The notes beneath the pieces are model-generated. The model was not told where the DNA came from, did no database searches, and saw nothing but the letters and a program-made list of their open reading frames with translations. This document shows, piece after piece, positions 21,017 to 31,479 of a DNA stretch of 64,000 nt (the stretch's first letter is position 1; each line of letters begins with the position of its first letter). The stretch covers positions 20,317 to 84,316 of the forward strand of contig JAXGOJ010000001.1 in the NCBI GenBank assembly GCA_040767525.1, given 5' to 3'. The translations under genes and the position numbers were made by a program. The stretch comes from Bacillota bacterium. GTDB taxonomy: Bacteria; Bacillota; Sulfobacillia; Fermentithermobacillales; Fermentithermobacillaceae.

Positions 21017-21727
21017 GTGCACCAGCTAGTATTGAATATTGCCTCTGTTTTACTGAAGGTAGTCCAAAACTGTTTTGGATATCTTACCGGCAACCATTTC
21101 CCCCTACCTCTTTCCGAAGATGATGAAAAGCGCCATCTGGATGCTGTAAAAAAAGGAGACATGGGAAGCAGAAATGTGCTGGTAGAGCACAATCTGAGGC
21201 TTGTAGCCCACATTGTGAAGAAATTCGATCCCAATCCCCAGGACATTGAAGATCTCATATCCATTGGGAGTATAGGCCTTGTTAAGGCTATTAACACTTA
21301 CTGTCAGGACAAAGGGACCAGACTGGCAACCTACGCCTCAAAGTGTATAGAAAACGAGATTTTAATGCATCTAAGGGCAACTAAGAACAACAAGTTGGAA
21401 GTTCACCTTTTCGAGCCCCTGACTTCTGATTCAGATGACGGAGAAGTGTCGTATATTGATATTATCAGAGATCAGGAACCGGATATTGCCGACATAGTGA
21501 CTTCCAAGGTTCAAGCCGAAAATGTGCTTTCCCAATTCACTGTTTTGGATGACAAGGAAAAGCAGGTTTTGAAACTTCGCTACGGATTAGACGGTTCTCT
21601 TCAGAAAACTCAGCGGGAAATTGCAAACATGCTCGGAATTTCCCGTTCCTATGTAAGCCGTATAGAGAAAAGGGCCTTGTCCAAACTGGCCAGAGTATGC
21701 CAACCATATGCCTGTAATTTGCCGTAA
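21017..21727 (+). CDS. sigK: sporulation sigma factor SigK (pro-sigma-K), uninterrupted
   Basis: Near-collinear with B. subtilis SigK (NAFPQPLS, HNLRLVAHIVKKF, DLISIGTIGL, TQREIA..LGISRSYVSRIEKRAL). GTG start preceded by GGAGGG. No intervening skin-like element. Confidence 0.85.
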   Translation: MHQLVLNIASVLLKVVQNCFGYLTGNHFPLPLSEDDEKRHLDAVKKGDMGSRNVLVEHNLRLVAHIVKKFDPNPQDIEDLISIGSIGLVKAINTYCQDKGTRLATYASKCIENEILMHLRATKNNKLEVHLFEPLTSDSDDGEVSYIDIIRDQEPDIADIVTSKVQAENVLSQFTVLDDKEKQVLKLRYGLDGSLQKTQREIANMLGISRSYVSRIEKRALSKLARVCQPYACNLP

Positions 21728-21820
21728 AGCTTAGCCGGCCTCGAAACAACTGTTTCCTGAAGTTGCCCAGGGTGTTATCAAAAAGCGACATCCTTTGGTA
21801 ATATAGGAAAGGGTGGTTGA

Positions 21821-22345
21821 ATGGCTCAAAGTGACGGTACAGGCCGGAAGAGGCCTCTGAGGCGGCTTTTGACGCCGTCTTTGTACTTGGAAAACATTTA
21901 TGATTTGCCCTTTGAGTGGCTATATGACAACTCAATCAAAGCTGTAATAACCGATTTGGACAACACCCTGGTTCCATGGCGGGATTATAGGGTGGCTGAT
22001 GAACTCTCCGGATGGTTCAACAATCTTCACAAAGAGGGGTTCAAGACTCTCATCTTGACCAATGCCAGGCCGGCTCCAACCATAACTGAATTGTCAACCA
22101 TCTTGAATACGAGACTCGTGGTCGGTGCCAGGAAACCAATTTCCCGTTTTTTTAGGGAAGCGCTGAAGTTGCTTAATTCGAAACCCGGGAAACCTGTGTT
22201 ATTGGTGACCAGATTTTTTACCGATATTCTAGGTGGAAATATCATCGGGTGCCATACTGTTTTGGTTGAGAAACTTGGGCGGAAAGAATTTGCAGGAACC
22301 AGGGATTGTGAGGTTGATAGAACGCATAGTGAGGCAATACGTTGA
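21821..22345 (+). CDS. yqeG: YqeG-family HAD-IIIA phosphatase
   Basis: ITDLDNTLVPW...VVGARKP...DILGGN matches YqeG. Confidence 0.75.
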   Translation: MAQSDGTGRKRPLRRLLTPSLYLENIYDLPFEWLYDNSIKAVITDLDNTLVPWRDYRVADELSGWFNNLHKEGFKTLILTNARPAPTITELSTILNTRLVVGARKPISRFFREALKLLNSKPGKPVLLVTRFFTDILGGNIIGCHTVLVEKLGRKEFAGTRDCEVDRTHSEAIR

Positions 22346-22395
22346 TCTTCCACATTGGTCCCGGCACGAACAGAAAGATTGAAAGGGGTACCGGC

Positions 22396-23403
22396 ATGTC
22401 TGACAGGGAGCGCCTAGAACCAGCCTTGTGGAGTATCCTCCATGAGGCTATGGAACATGATGTCTCATATCTTTATATTACTGGAGGCAGCCGCCCCCTT
22501 GCAAGGATTGGTTTGGGAGAGCTGGAGCCATTGGGAGATCACCCGGTATCCGAAGGCCAGATTCTCCGGTTTATTGATGAAAGGGTTCCTGAGTTCCAAC
22601 GGCGTCTTATGGGTTCCAGGGGTTATGCCCGGTTTGTTTTCAGCATAGGGCCAGGTATAAGATGCAGGGTGGACTTGATAAAAACTGTCAAAGGCCAGGC
22701 ACTTATCATTCATTTTGTAGATGAGACTCCACCCAGGCCGGAATCACTTGGACTTCAGGAAATCATTGGCGAGCTCGTTGACAAGAAACACGGTGTGTTT
22801 CTTATTTGCGGCAGGCCTCGCTCGGGCAAAAGCACAGTCCTTGCCTCGCTGGCAGAAGAGATTAACAGAAAATCAGGCAAACATATTGTGTGGATATCTC
22901 ACGGAGCAGAGTATCTGTTTACTCCCCATATGTCTTTTGTGTTCCAGATAGACATTGCTGGCCACGGTATTGAAGAAGGTGTTTCAAACCTGTTGAAAAT
23001 GGCCCCGGATGTTTTAGTTCTGGATATGCTCCTAAGCCATAATGTCCTTGAGCAGGCTCTTGTGTTAGCAGAAGTCGGAGCCCAGGTGTTTTTGGGAGTG
23101 CAAAGCACTGGCACTGTCCATGGTTTAGAGGCTTTGACAAGAGCTGTAAACTATGATTACCGCCAGGATTTCAGAAACAGGCTTTCCCGAGTTTTCGAAA
23201 GCGCTGTTTATCTCGAACTTGTGCAAGGGGTAACAGGGATTGTGCCTGCCACCGAAGTCCTCGTCGGCATCGAACCTGTCAGGAACCTCCTCAGAGACGG
23301 CAAGTTTTCTCATATTTCTGAGACAATACCAACCGGTGGTAAGTATGGAATGGAGACTTTACAGAAAAGCAAAGAACGTTTATCGGCCAAAGGGCTCATC
23401 TAG
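22396..23403 (+). CDS. PilT/PilU-like secretion-ATPase homolog with degenerate catalytic motifs (probable pseudo-ATPase)
   Basis: Collinear with PilT over its full length. Walker A is retained (GRPRSGKST). The Walker B/catalytic Glu region reads PDVLVLDMLLS instead of PDVILVGEMRD, the Asp box reads ISHGAEYLF instead of IEDPIEF, and the His box reads AQVFLGVQST instead of HLVFGTLHT. Confidence 0.7.
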   Translation: MSDRERLEPALWSILHEAMEHDVSYLYITGGSRPLARIGLGELEPLGDHPVSEGQILRFIDERVPEFQRRLMGSRGYARFVFSIGPGIRCRVDLIKTVKGQALIIHFVDETPPRPESLGLQEIIGELVDKKHGVFLICGRPRSGKSTVLASLAEEINRKSGKHIVWISHGAEYLFTPHMSFVFQIDIAGHGIEEGVSNLLKMAPDVLVLDMLLSHNVLEQALVLAEVGAQVFLGVQSTGTVHGLEALTRAVNYDYRQDFRNRLSRVFESAVYLELVQGVTGIVPATEVLVGIEPVRNLLRDGKFSHISETIPTGGKYGMETLQKSKERLSAKGLI

Positions 23404-24138
23404 ATGGCCACTTCCCCGATTATACATATGAGACCTTTTCAGTGGGGGCATTTCATGCTTAATGTACTGGTAGCCGTCGAGAAACCGATATGGCGAAAAG
23501 GATTTCAGGGGATTCTTGATTCAGAAGACAACGTCTCCTTGTGTTACGCAGATTCACTGGACAGTGTTTTGATGCAGCGTTCTTTAAGGATTTACGATGT
23601 TATCATCCTTAATTGTAACGGTTCCGAGAGAACTTTGCTTTTGAATGACCTGTTCTTACTGCAAGAAAAGCACCCCAGGTCTAAATTTGCGCTTATTGCC
23701 TGTGATTTGGAGTATTCCGGTTTCCTGGAGTTTTGCAGGGCCGGTGTTCTTGCATTTCTTGATGAACGTGCCACCAATGAGCAAGTTATCACTGCTGTCA
23801 CAGCTGCTGCCAGGGGTGATCTGTACATTTCTCGGTCTTTTGTAAAAAACATGTTTTCATTCGAGACTTCGGCTGTCCGTGATCTATTGCAGAGTCCGGG
23901 AACAACGGGTTCTGACATACGCAAACTCAGCGAACGAGAACTGGAGACGCTGAAACTTGTTGCCCGGGGTATGCCCAACCGGGCCATAGCAAAACAACTG
24001 TTTATCAGCGAAAAGACAGTAAAAAACCATCTGTACAGCGCATTTAAAAAACTGGGTGTACGTGATAGGACTCAAGCAGCCATGGCTGTGATAAGGGGCC
24101 TTTTGTTTGACAAAAATGGGTCTTTCGGTCCTACATAA
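23404..24138 (+). CDS. LuxR/FixJ-type HTH transcriptional regulator with a non-canonical (pseudo-)receiver domain
   Basis: C-terminal LuxR HTH (LSERELETLKLVARGMPNRAIAKQLFISEKTVKNHLYSAFKKLGV). The N-terminal receiver-like fold lacks the acidic pair and has Asn/Cys where the phospho-acceptor Asp is expected (VIILNCNGS). Confidence 0.7.
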   Translation: MATSPIIHMRPFQWGHFMLNVLVAVEKPIWRKGFQGILDSEDNVSLCYADSLDSVLMQRSLRIYDVIILNCNGSERTLLLNDLFLLQEKHPRSKFALIACDLEYSGFLEFCRAGVLAFLDERATNEQVITAVTAAARGDLYISRSFVKNMFSFETSAVRDLLQSPGTTGSDIRKLSERELETLKLVARGMPNRAIAKQLFISEKTVKNHLYSAFKKLGVRDRTQAAMAVIRGLLFDKNGSFGPT

Positions 24139-24221
24139 AAAAAGGACTTGTTTCGATTATGTTACATGAGATGTTTTTGGTTGCCGCAGATCACCCCCCG
24201 AGATGCGACAGCTAGAGTAAT

Positions 24222-24252
24222 ACCCGGGTTTAACAGCCCGGGATTTTTTCTT
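24222..24252 (+). terminator. rho-independent terminator
   Basis: CCCGGGtttaacagCCCGGGattttttc, immediately after the LuxR-type gene. Confidence 0.65.
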
Positions 24253-24619
24253 CGTATGTGCAAGTTTTCCTGTGCTCGGTTATTTGGCTGTGTGCGACGT
24301 TAAATGGAGCTCTACGGATAAAACCCATGGCGTATAAAGTAAAGCAAAGACACGCCTGTAGAGCTAATCGCCAGAAGGAAAGACCAGAATGCACCTGTAC
24401 GGTTTCCATCTTTCAGGAGGATCCATGCCCAGGACAGAGTGTATATCCCGATAATCAATGCGATTAAGGCCCCTAATATGTGCATGGTATAGTAGTGTGC
24501 CGAAACAGGGTGGAGGATTCACAATATGCCTGTAACCGGAGTTTCTTCATATATGGAGACTTGCCTTGACTGCTTGAATGTCCACCACTTGCTAAGGGCC
24601 TGGATGATATGGTATAAGT

Positions 24620-24872
24620 TCCTATGATCAGGGAAAGTCCCGGGATGAGGCACAATGATGCCGAACCGGATTTAGGTTCACAATCAATGGAATAAAATAT
24701 TGCAATGAACAAGATGAGTAGCATTGGCTAGGAGCCAAGCGAGCCGGGGGCGGTGAGAGCCCGGCGTCCGGATGCCATTGTGAATGGGCTTGGGAGCATT
24801 ATTTGAAATGAGAGGCGCCTTATTGGCGAAGCAGGGGTGGCACCGCGGATTCAACTCCGTCCCTTGAGGGCG
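24620..24872 (+). promoter_or_regulatory. T-box riboswitch leader (tRNA-Trp expected) with terminator, upstream of trpS; the 5' boundary is uncertain
   Basis: T-box consensus AGGGGTGGCACCGCGG at about 24833-24848, followed by the terminator CCGTCCCttgaGGGCGGttttttt (24852-24874), about 55 nt before the trpS start. Confidence 0.6.
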
Positions 24873-24928
24873 GTTTTTTTGATTTCATTTACTTGTGTGT
24901 CCAACATTAAAAAGGAGGGGGCAAAACC

Positions 24929-25939
24929 TTGAAAAGAGCATTTTCAGGTGTTCAGCCGTCAGGATTCTTGCACCTGGGAAATTACTTTGGTGCAATAAGA
25001 AGGTTTTGCGGGTTTCAGGATGAATATGACTGTTACTATTGCATCGTAGATCTTCACGCTATTACAGTATACCAGGATCCAAAGGAGCTACCCAGGAAAA
25101 TCAAAGACACCGCTCTTTACTATCTCGCTACGGGACTCGACCCTGAAAAGGCTACATTGTTTGTTCAGTCAGATGTTCCTGCCCATGCAGAGCTTGGATG
25201 GATTTTGGAGTGCATTGCTACTTTCGGTGAGCTATCAAGAATGACTCAGTTCAAAGACAAATCAGAAGGTAAAGAGTCAGTCTCAGCCGGACTGTTTACC
25301 TACCCTGTATTAATGGCTGCAGACATTTTACTGTATGATTCTGATATTGTTCCAGTCGGAGACGATCAAAAGCAACATGTAGAATTATGCAGGGACGTGG
25401 CAGTAAGGTTTAACAGTCGTTATGGTAACACCTTCAAAATACCTGAGCCGCTGATTCCCCAATTTGGGGCCAGGTTGAAATCTCTTCAGGATCCCGAGAA
25501 AAAGATGTCCAAATCTGATCCTGATCCCCTGGGTTATATAAGCCTTTCTGACTCAAAAGATGAAATTGTCAAGAAGATTCGCAGGTCAGTTACGGATTCG
25601 GGAAGGGAAATTGTGTACCTGCCTGATGAAAAGCCTGCTATTGCAAATCTCATGACTATATATTCGTTGTGTACAGGAAAGGGCTTTTCCGAAATCGAAG
25701 CTCATTTTGAAGGCAGAGGCTATGCTGACTTCAAAAAAGAGCTAGCTGATGTGATCATACAGGCCCTGGCGCCGGTTCAAGAACGGTACAGGCAATATGA
25801 TGATTCCGGGGAACTCCCGCGCATACTTAAGCAAGGAGCGGAAAAAGCAAACCAGGTAAGTTCCCAGGTGCTCAAGCGGGTTAAGGATAGAATGGGGCTT
25901 TCTGTGCTCATCGATCCTGTTGGCAGGAAGCTGGTTTAG
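24929..25939 (+). CDS. trpS: tryptophanyl-tRNA synthetase
   Basis: Class I HIGH-type motif (GVQPSGFLHLGNY), KMSKS (KMSKSDP). TTG start after GGAGGGGG. Confidence 0.9.
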   Translation: MKRAFSGVQPSGFLHLGNYFGAIRRFCGFQDEYDCYYCIVDLHAITVYQDPKELPRKIKDTALYYLATGLDPEKATLFVQSDVPAHAELGWILECIATFGELSRMTQFKDKSEGKESVSAGLFTYPVLMAADILLYDSDIVPVGDDQKQHVELCRDVAVRFNSRYGNTFKIPEPLIPQFGARLKSLQDPEKKMSKSDPDPLGYISLSDSKDEIVKKIRRSVTDSGREIVYLPDEKPAIANLMTIYSLCTGKGFSEIEAHFEGRGYADFKKELADVIIQALAPVQERYRQYDDSGELPRILKQGAEKANQVSSQVLKRVKDRMGLSVLIDPVGRKLV

Positions 25940-26102
25940 AAAGCGATTTTGATGAACAGTATTGCCATAAGTTGTAAGTTATGATATGTTGTGCCTGTAG
26001 GGCTGTGGCGCAAGTTCTGTTTTGGGCCTGTTGATTACTGCTAAAGCAAGGGCTGCCTTTTAACTAACCTGCCAGGTAATATGACTAACCGGAGGTATTG
26101 GT

Positions 26103-27626
26103 TTGTTTTCTTCCGTGTTCAGTGCAACTGTATCTGGCGTAGATGGATTTCGTGTAATAGTCGAAGTCGATGTATCCGGAGGTTTGCCCTGCTTCGAAGT
26201 AGTAGGTATGCCTGATACCTCAGTAAGGGAAGCGAAACACAGAGTCCGTTCTGCTGTGAAGAATTCAGGATTTCAAATTCCCCCGCAAAGAATTACAGTG
26301 AACCTGGCACCTGCCGGTCTCCACAAAGAAGGGACGCAGCTGGATTTGGCAATGGCAGTTTCTCTTCTGGTTGCGTCCCGCCAGATCCCTTCGAACCTGC
26401 TTATCAGAGAATATGGATTTCTCGGAGAACTAGCCCTTAACGGAAGCATAAGGCCTGTACCCGGAGTGCTTGCCATGGCTTTGGCCTTGCGTGAATCAGG
26501 ACGCAAAGGGGTTGTCTTGCCCATGGATAATCAAGGGGAAGTATCCTTTTTGGAAGGATGTGACGTACAGCTAAGCCGGAACCTTTCCGAGGTTGCAGAG
26601 TTTTTGCGTGGTAATAGGCCTCTTCCCGGACCTCTTAAATCGCCACCGGATATACAGGGTAATGCCACATCTCAAATAAGATATAACCAGATTAAGGGGC
26701 AACGTGCAGCCAAGAGAGCTCTTGAGATCGCTGCAGCCGGCGAGCATAATCTCCTTATAGTAGGGCCGCCAGGTGCAGGGAAGAGTGTTCTTGCCAAAGC
26801 TCTGCCCGAAATAATGTCCAAGTTGTCCCAAGAAGAAGCGATCATCGTAACCAAAATCCATAGTATTGTCGGTTTGCTGCCAAAGGGTGCTGGCCTCCTG
26901 AAAAGGCGCCCTTTTCGTTCGCCTCATCATACTGTAACAACCACTGCAATGATAGGCGGTGGTGCAAATCCAAAACCCGGAGAGATAACTCTGGCCCACA
27001 GGGGTGTTCTTTTTCTTGATGAGCTCCCTGAATTCTCACCTGCCATTATCAACGCTCTCCGCCAGCCATTAGAGGACGGCTTTGTCAATATCACCCGGGC
27101 TAAAGGAACCTATCGTTTCCCCTCCAGGATATTGCTAGCAGGGGCCATGAATCCTTGCCAATGCGGGTTTTGGGGTTGTGAAGTACAGGAATGTACCTGT
27201 ACAGAGTACCGGAGAAGACAGTATATATCCAGAGTTAACGGGCCTCTTCTTGATCGAATTGATATTTGCATGCAGGTGCAAAGGGTAGATGTGAAAGATT
27301 TGTCAGGGGCTTCTCTTGAAGAATCAGGTGACACGGTAAGGGAAAGGGTTACGGCAGCCAGGGACTTGCAAAAACAACGACTAGAGGGTACTGGTTTTTC
27401 GACCAACTCAGAAATGGGGCCCAGGGAACTGTCTACTCTGCTCAGTATATCAAGGAGTGCAAGAAAACTGCTTTTTGACGCATACAACCGGATGAGACTC
27501 TCAGCCAGAGCCTACTACAGGGTGATTAGAGTAGCAACAACCATTGCAGACCTTGCACTTTCTGCCCGTATAGAGGAAGAACATGTAGCAGAAGCTCTGT
27601 CATACAGGCAAAGGGTTCTTGACTGA
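26103..27626 (+). CDS. comM: YifB/ComM-family Mg-chelatase-like AAA+ ATPase
   Basis: N-terminal Lon-like domain, Walker A GPPGAGKS, sensor/arginine-finger region, C-terminal ChlI-like domain; 507 aa, intact. Confidence 0.85.
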   Translation: MFSSVFSATVSGVDGFRVIVEVDVSGGLPCFEVVGMPDTSVREAKHRVRSAVKNSGFQIPPQRITVNLAPAGLHKEGTQLDLAMAVSLLVASRQIPSNLLIREYGFLGELALNGSIRPVPGVLAMALALRESGRKGVVLPMDNQGEVSFLEGCDVQLSRNLSEVAEFLRGNRPLPGPLKSPPDIQGNATSQIRYNQIKGQRAAKRALEIAAAGEHNLLIVGPPGAGKSVLAKALPEIMSKLSQEEAIIVTKIHSIVGLLPKGAGLLKRRPFRSPHHTVTTTAMIGGGANPKPGEITLAHRGVLFLDELPEFSPAIINALRQPLEDGFVNITRAKGTYRFPSRILLAGAMNPCQCGFWGCEVQECTCTEYRRRQYISRVNGPLLDRIDICMQVQRVDVKDLSGASLEESGDTVRERVTAARDLQKQRLEGTGFSTNSEMGPRELSTLLSISRSARKLLFDAYNRMRLSARAYYRVIRVATTIADLALSARIEEEHVAEALSYRQRVLD

Positions 27627-27679
27627 TTCAATATCTCAATAAATTACTCAACCATTATACAAGCTAAAGGGAGGTAGCT

Positions 27680-28066
27680 GTGAACATCCATAGAAGCGGA
27701 ATAAGTTCAAGGGAGTTTGGTTTTCAAATTGAGGAAAAGGCGTGCGAATACTTACAGCGTAATCAATACCGTATTCTTCGCCGCAACTACTTCTCCAGGT
27801 ACGGAGAAATTGACATAATTGCTTTTGATGAAAAGACCCTTGTTTTCGTTGAGGTCAGGTACAGAAAAGAAGGAGCCCTTCTAAGTCCTGCAGAATCAAT
27901 TGACTCAAGAAAAATCCGGAAACTGAGGCTCACAATACGTGATTTCATCTCAAAACACAGTGCTATTGCCGGTGAAATCACAGGCATTCGTACGGATTTG
28001 TGCGCTGTGTCAGGTTCCGGCGAAAGACTTGAGTTCCGGCTAACCAAAGGAATTATCGATTTTTAG
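27680..28066 (+). CDS. yraN: YraN-family (UPF0102) endonuclease-like protein
   Basis: GEIDIIAFDEKTLVFVEVRYR matches the UPF0102 signature. Confidence 0.75.
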   Translation: MNIHRSGISSREFGFQIEEKACEYLQRNQYRILRRNYFSRYGEIDIIAFDEKTLVFVEVRYRKEGALLSPAESIDSRKIRKLRLTIRDFISKHSAIAGEITGIRTDLCAVSGSGERLEFRLTKGIIDF

Positions 28067-28084
28067 ATATGCTGTCAAGGGATC

Positions 28085-30420
28085 CTAGTTGCTCACATGT
28101 TTGTATAACCCTGAGCCGGCAGAAGGCAAAAACGGTGACGACTCTCCTGTGTAGTACAGGTGAAGCCTGTGTAATGCCCTGGTGCAAACAGTATATAGAA
28201 GTCTTTGGCCGCCTGGCCTGGAATACTGGTCTTTTCCGGTATTGCAGGCGATGACCGCGTCAAACTCCAACCCTTTGGCAAGGTATGAAGGAAGGACTAC
28301 TATTCCTGTTTGAAAGGAACGGTCTGCTCCGGTCAATAGGCGGATTTGTTTAACCCTGGCCTTAAGCTCGTTGTATACTTTTTTGCTTTGAGGGGCAGTT
28401 TTGCAGATTAGGGCAATAGACTTAAATCCCTGCTTAAGTAACGAATGGATATCGTTTTCGATATGGGGCAAAAGCTCATTGCATTTTTCCACATGAATGA
28501 CTTTGGGAAGTGAACCCGGACGGTCCAGAGGTACCGCCTTCTCTTCACCTGGGAGTATGGCCTGGCAAAAGTCAGCTATTTGCCTTGTTGAGCGATAACT
28601 GTTCCTTAGTCTGACAAAAGCAGGCTTCTTATCTCCGAATACTTCATCAAGGCACATGTAATTGCCTGTGTTCATGTGAGGATTTGTGGCCTGGTTCGGA
28701 TCCCCGAGAATCGTGAAACCGGCAGCAGGAAAGGAATGTCGAATCACTTCGTATTGTGCAATAGTGTAATCCTGGGCTTCGTCAATAATCACATGACGCA
28801 TATCCGGCTCCGGAAAGCCTTCCAAGAGTCCTTTGAGAAGGAGAAAGGGTGCTATATCCTCGTAAGGAACCACCCTAGCATTAAGCATCTTAAGAGTCCA
28901 GGTACAGACTTTGGCCCATGGAAAAAGATCTGCTGGAATAGTCCCTCGTTCCTGCAAAACTTCACTTGTTACATGAGTATCCTTGAAAAAACGCCGGTAA
29001 ACATCCCAGGTACTTCCGAAGTTCCAGGACCTAATGTGATCCTTCACAGGGCTGGCTTCTCATCAGCCTCTTTGCCTGCTGATTGCCCTTAGATCTGATT
29101 CAAGAAATCCTGCGTATTTGGGGTCATCAGAAAGGTTTGCTTCTATCTCAGAAATCCTTTGCTTCCGGATAGCTCCGGCAGCTATAGTACTCCTGCGCTT
29201 GATTTTATCAATCCGGCGGAAAAGGGGAAGATAGCCGTACTTCCCGGCGCATGAGTCCCTAAAGCTGTTTTTTGATGCGACAAGAGCCCATTGTAAATAA
29301 TGTCTTGAAACTCCAAAGATTCTTCCAGGTACGCAGGGTAGTTTTTATCAGGTTGAGATATACTCGGGGAAGACTTGAGTTTGATATCGGGATACCTGAT
29401 TGAATATTCCGGTTCCCGTTCCTTTGAAAGAACATATTCAATCTGTCATTTGCATCTTCCACGTATATAGCCTCAGGAATGCGGTCCCGGGCATAGTCGA
29501 CAAAAGCGGTTTGCCCTACGTTATGCTCACTGAGTTCGGGGTAAGACTCCGGATATGTAATCGGAGAAAATTTGGTTAGGGGAGAAAATTACTATGCTTT
29601 GGGCTCAAACTTCTCCTTGCCTGTAGAGAAGGTAAGCAGCCTGTGCAGAGCTATTTGGGTCTTTCCACTTGCATACTTTTGAACAATGAGCACCTTATTA
29701 GCCTCATCCCTTATTATCCGGTTTTGCTCACGTTGATAGTAAATAATGGTCCGGAGTTTTCCTGAGCCTGCTCCTTGCCAGGACCTCTTGCAGAATCTCG
29801 TCGTCGATTCGCAAACTGCTGTCAAACATGAGAATCAGTTTTCCATTTGATATCCTGAACTGCCGCTTGAGCAAGAGCCACCTGAGACTACCCCGACGGA
29901 GCCACATATGATACTTACCCCGAGTTCACAATCATAAAAACATGCCAGATACTGCGCACGCCAGTCGTAGACAAGGGGATGACGCGTGGTTTCGAGTCCC
30001 GAAGAGATGATACGCTCATATACACCTGAATAGGATTGCGTACTGAAAGATGTATTAGCCTTACCTGAAAGGCTGTTTGCCCCGCCACCGGCAGCGGTAC
30101 CGGATAATTCACAGGTGAAAAATCGATCCTGGCAAAGCAGGGGGACAGCGCCATTTTTTCAAGTCTTCCCAGAGTATTTTGTGAAAGGCGGCATATTTTT
30201 CCAGAATACTCTTGTCCCCGTAACCTGGGTCGATATTTCAAATCAAATCGCAAACTTGTTATAAAACTGGGAAGCTCGTCCCAGGCTGTCTTTTGGGTGG
30301 TAACTGAGTTTCCTTGATAAGCCAAGGCATCTTTTCCTTCTTGATTTGCTTTTCTATTTCGTTCAAAACAGTTTTCAGCCTGAAAGTTTGGCGCTCATAG
30401 TTCTTGCTTTCCATCGCTAG
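28085..30420 (-). pseudogene. HelD/UvrD-like superfamily 1 DNA helicase. The C-terminal 320 aa are intact and the N-terminal ~450 aa are broken into many short frames.
   Basis: The C-terminal ORF carries VIIDEAQDYT and RSTRQI helicase motifs. Upstream fragments (...ARIDFSPVNY... and others) are spread over three frames with stops. The local disruption density is higher than the window average. Confidence 0.55.
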
Positions 30421-31479
30421 CTCCTCCGATCAGTACATACGATTTGCACTATCCATACTGGTACTATACCAAAAATTTAAGGGATTTGCTCTGGCAGCGC
30501 AATTGAATACAGAAAATTGAAATGTGCTATTGTGGAAAAGGGCTTTGTCTCCATTTGAATTAGGGGGAATTACCAGTGAAAAAGTCAGCCATCGGCTTTT
30601 GTGCTCTAGTGTTGATGGGTGCTTATTTGTACGTAAGCATCGTTATACCAATATACCCGGGAATGTTCTGACCGGGTTCACAATGGCCCTGATCCTTCTG
30701 GCCGGAATGTTTGCAGTCTTTGGCGAGGCCTTCATCAGGCAAGGCAGGCAAAAGGGCTCACTGAAAGCCCTTTTTCTTTGAAGATGTTTGCTTCTGTAGC
30801 CGGCGGGCAATTTCTCACTATTCGCTGAGTTCGTGTTGCAATCTGAGTTCTGCAGTTGCATCAGGCTGGTGACTTTATCTGCAGGAATACTTTTCCCTCT
30901 GCAAGTGCAGGCATAGCCTGCGGCTCCTTTGCAGGTATGGCATCGCCGGTACTCCTGATTACCTGATAGTAGCCGGATGGTTTCCAGATTTACTTTTGGC
31001 TGCGGCTGATACATTTAACGCTTTTGGGGGCAACTGGCACAGTGTTTTCGCAACGGGACTTGTGTTGCAGCCTTTGTCATAGGTACATTTCTTTGAAGCA
31101 AAATCCTCTTGGTTCACTGTTGATTGTACCGGTAGTACGACTGCAATTGTGTCATCTGTCCTTGCCTATTGTATTAACAACAGAATGAAGCAGGGGGAGT
31201 AGTTGCCTCAGGATGGTCAGCCTTATAGGAGGATTGGTTCTTCCGGCTGTTTTCCCGGCAATCGTGGTGATGTTTACTCGCGGTTTGTGCTCGCGGTTCA
31301 TACGTTGGTATGTCACTACCGGATTCCAAACGAGCTTTGCGCAACAATGGTATACTTTATCAGGGCTTGCTTATTTTGCCGGTAACAGTGTCCTTTGGGG
31401 AGCAGGAGGCAGTTTCGGAAATAACAGCTTTTGGAAGTGTACTGGCTGCATCTTTTGTAGCAGGAAAAATAATGAAAAG

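Noticed and set aside
22396-23403. The PilT-like gene as evidence of a type IV pilus or competence pilus locus
   Set aside because: No pilB, pilC, pilM/N/O, prepilin or comG genes flank it, and its catalytic motifs are degenerate. It is treated as a standalone pseudo-ATPase.
24258-24724. ORFs 24258..24467 (+) and 24473..24724 (-) in the trpS leader region
   Set aside because: They have no ribosome-binding site and no recognisable domains, and they overlap the presumed T-box leader RNA. They are more likely non-coding.
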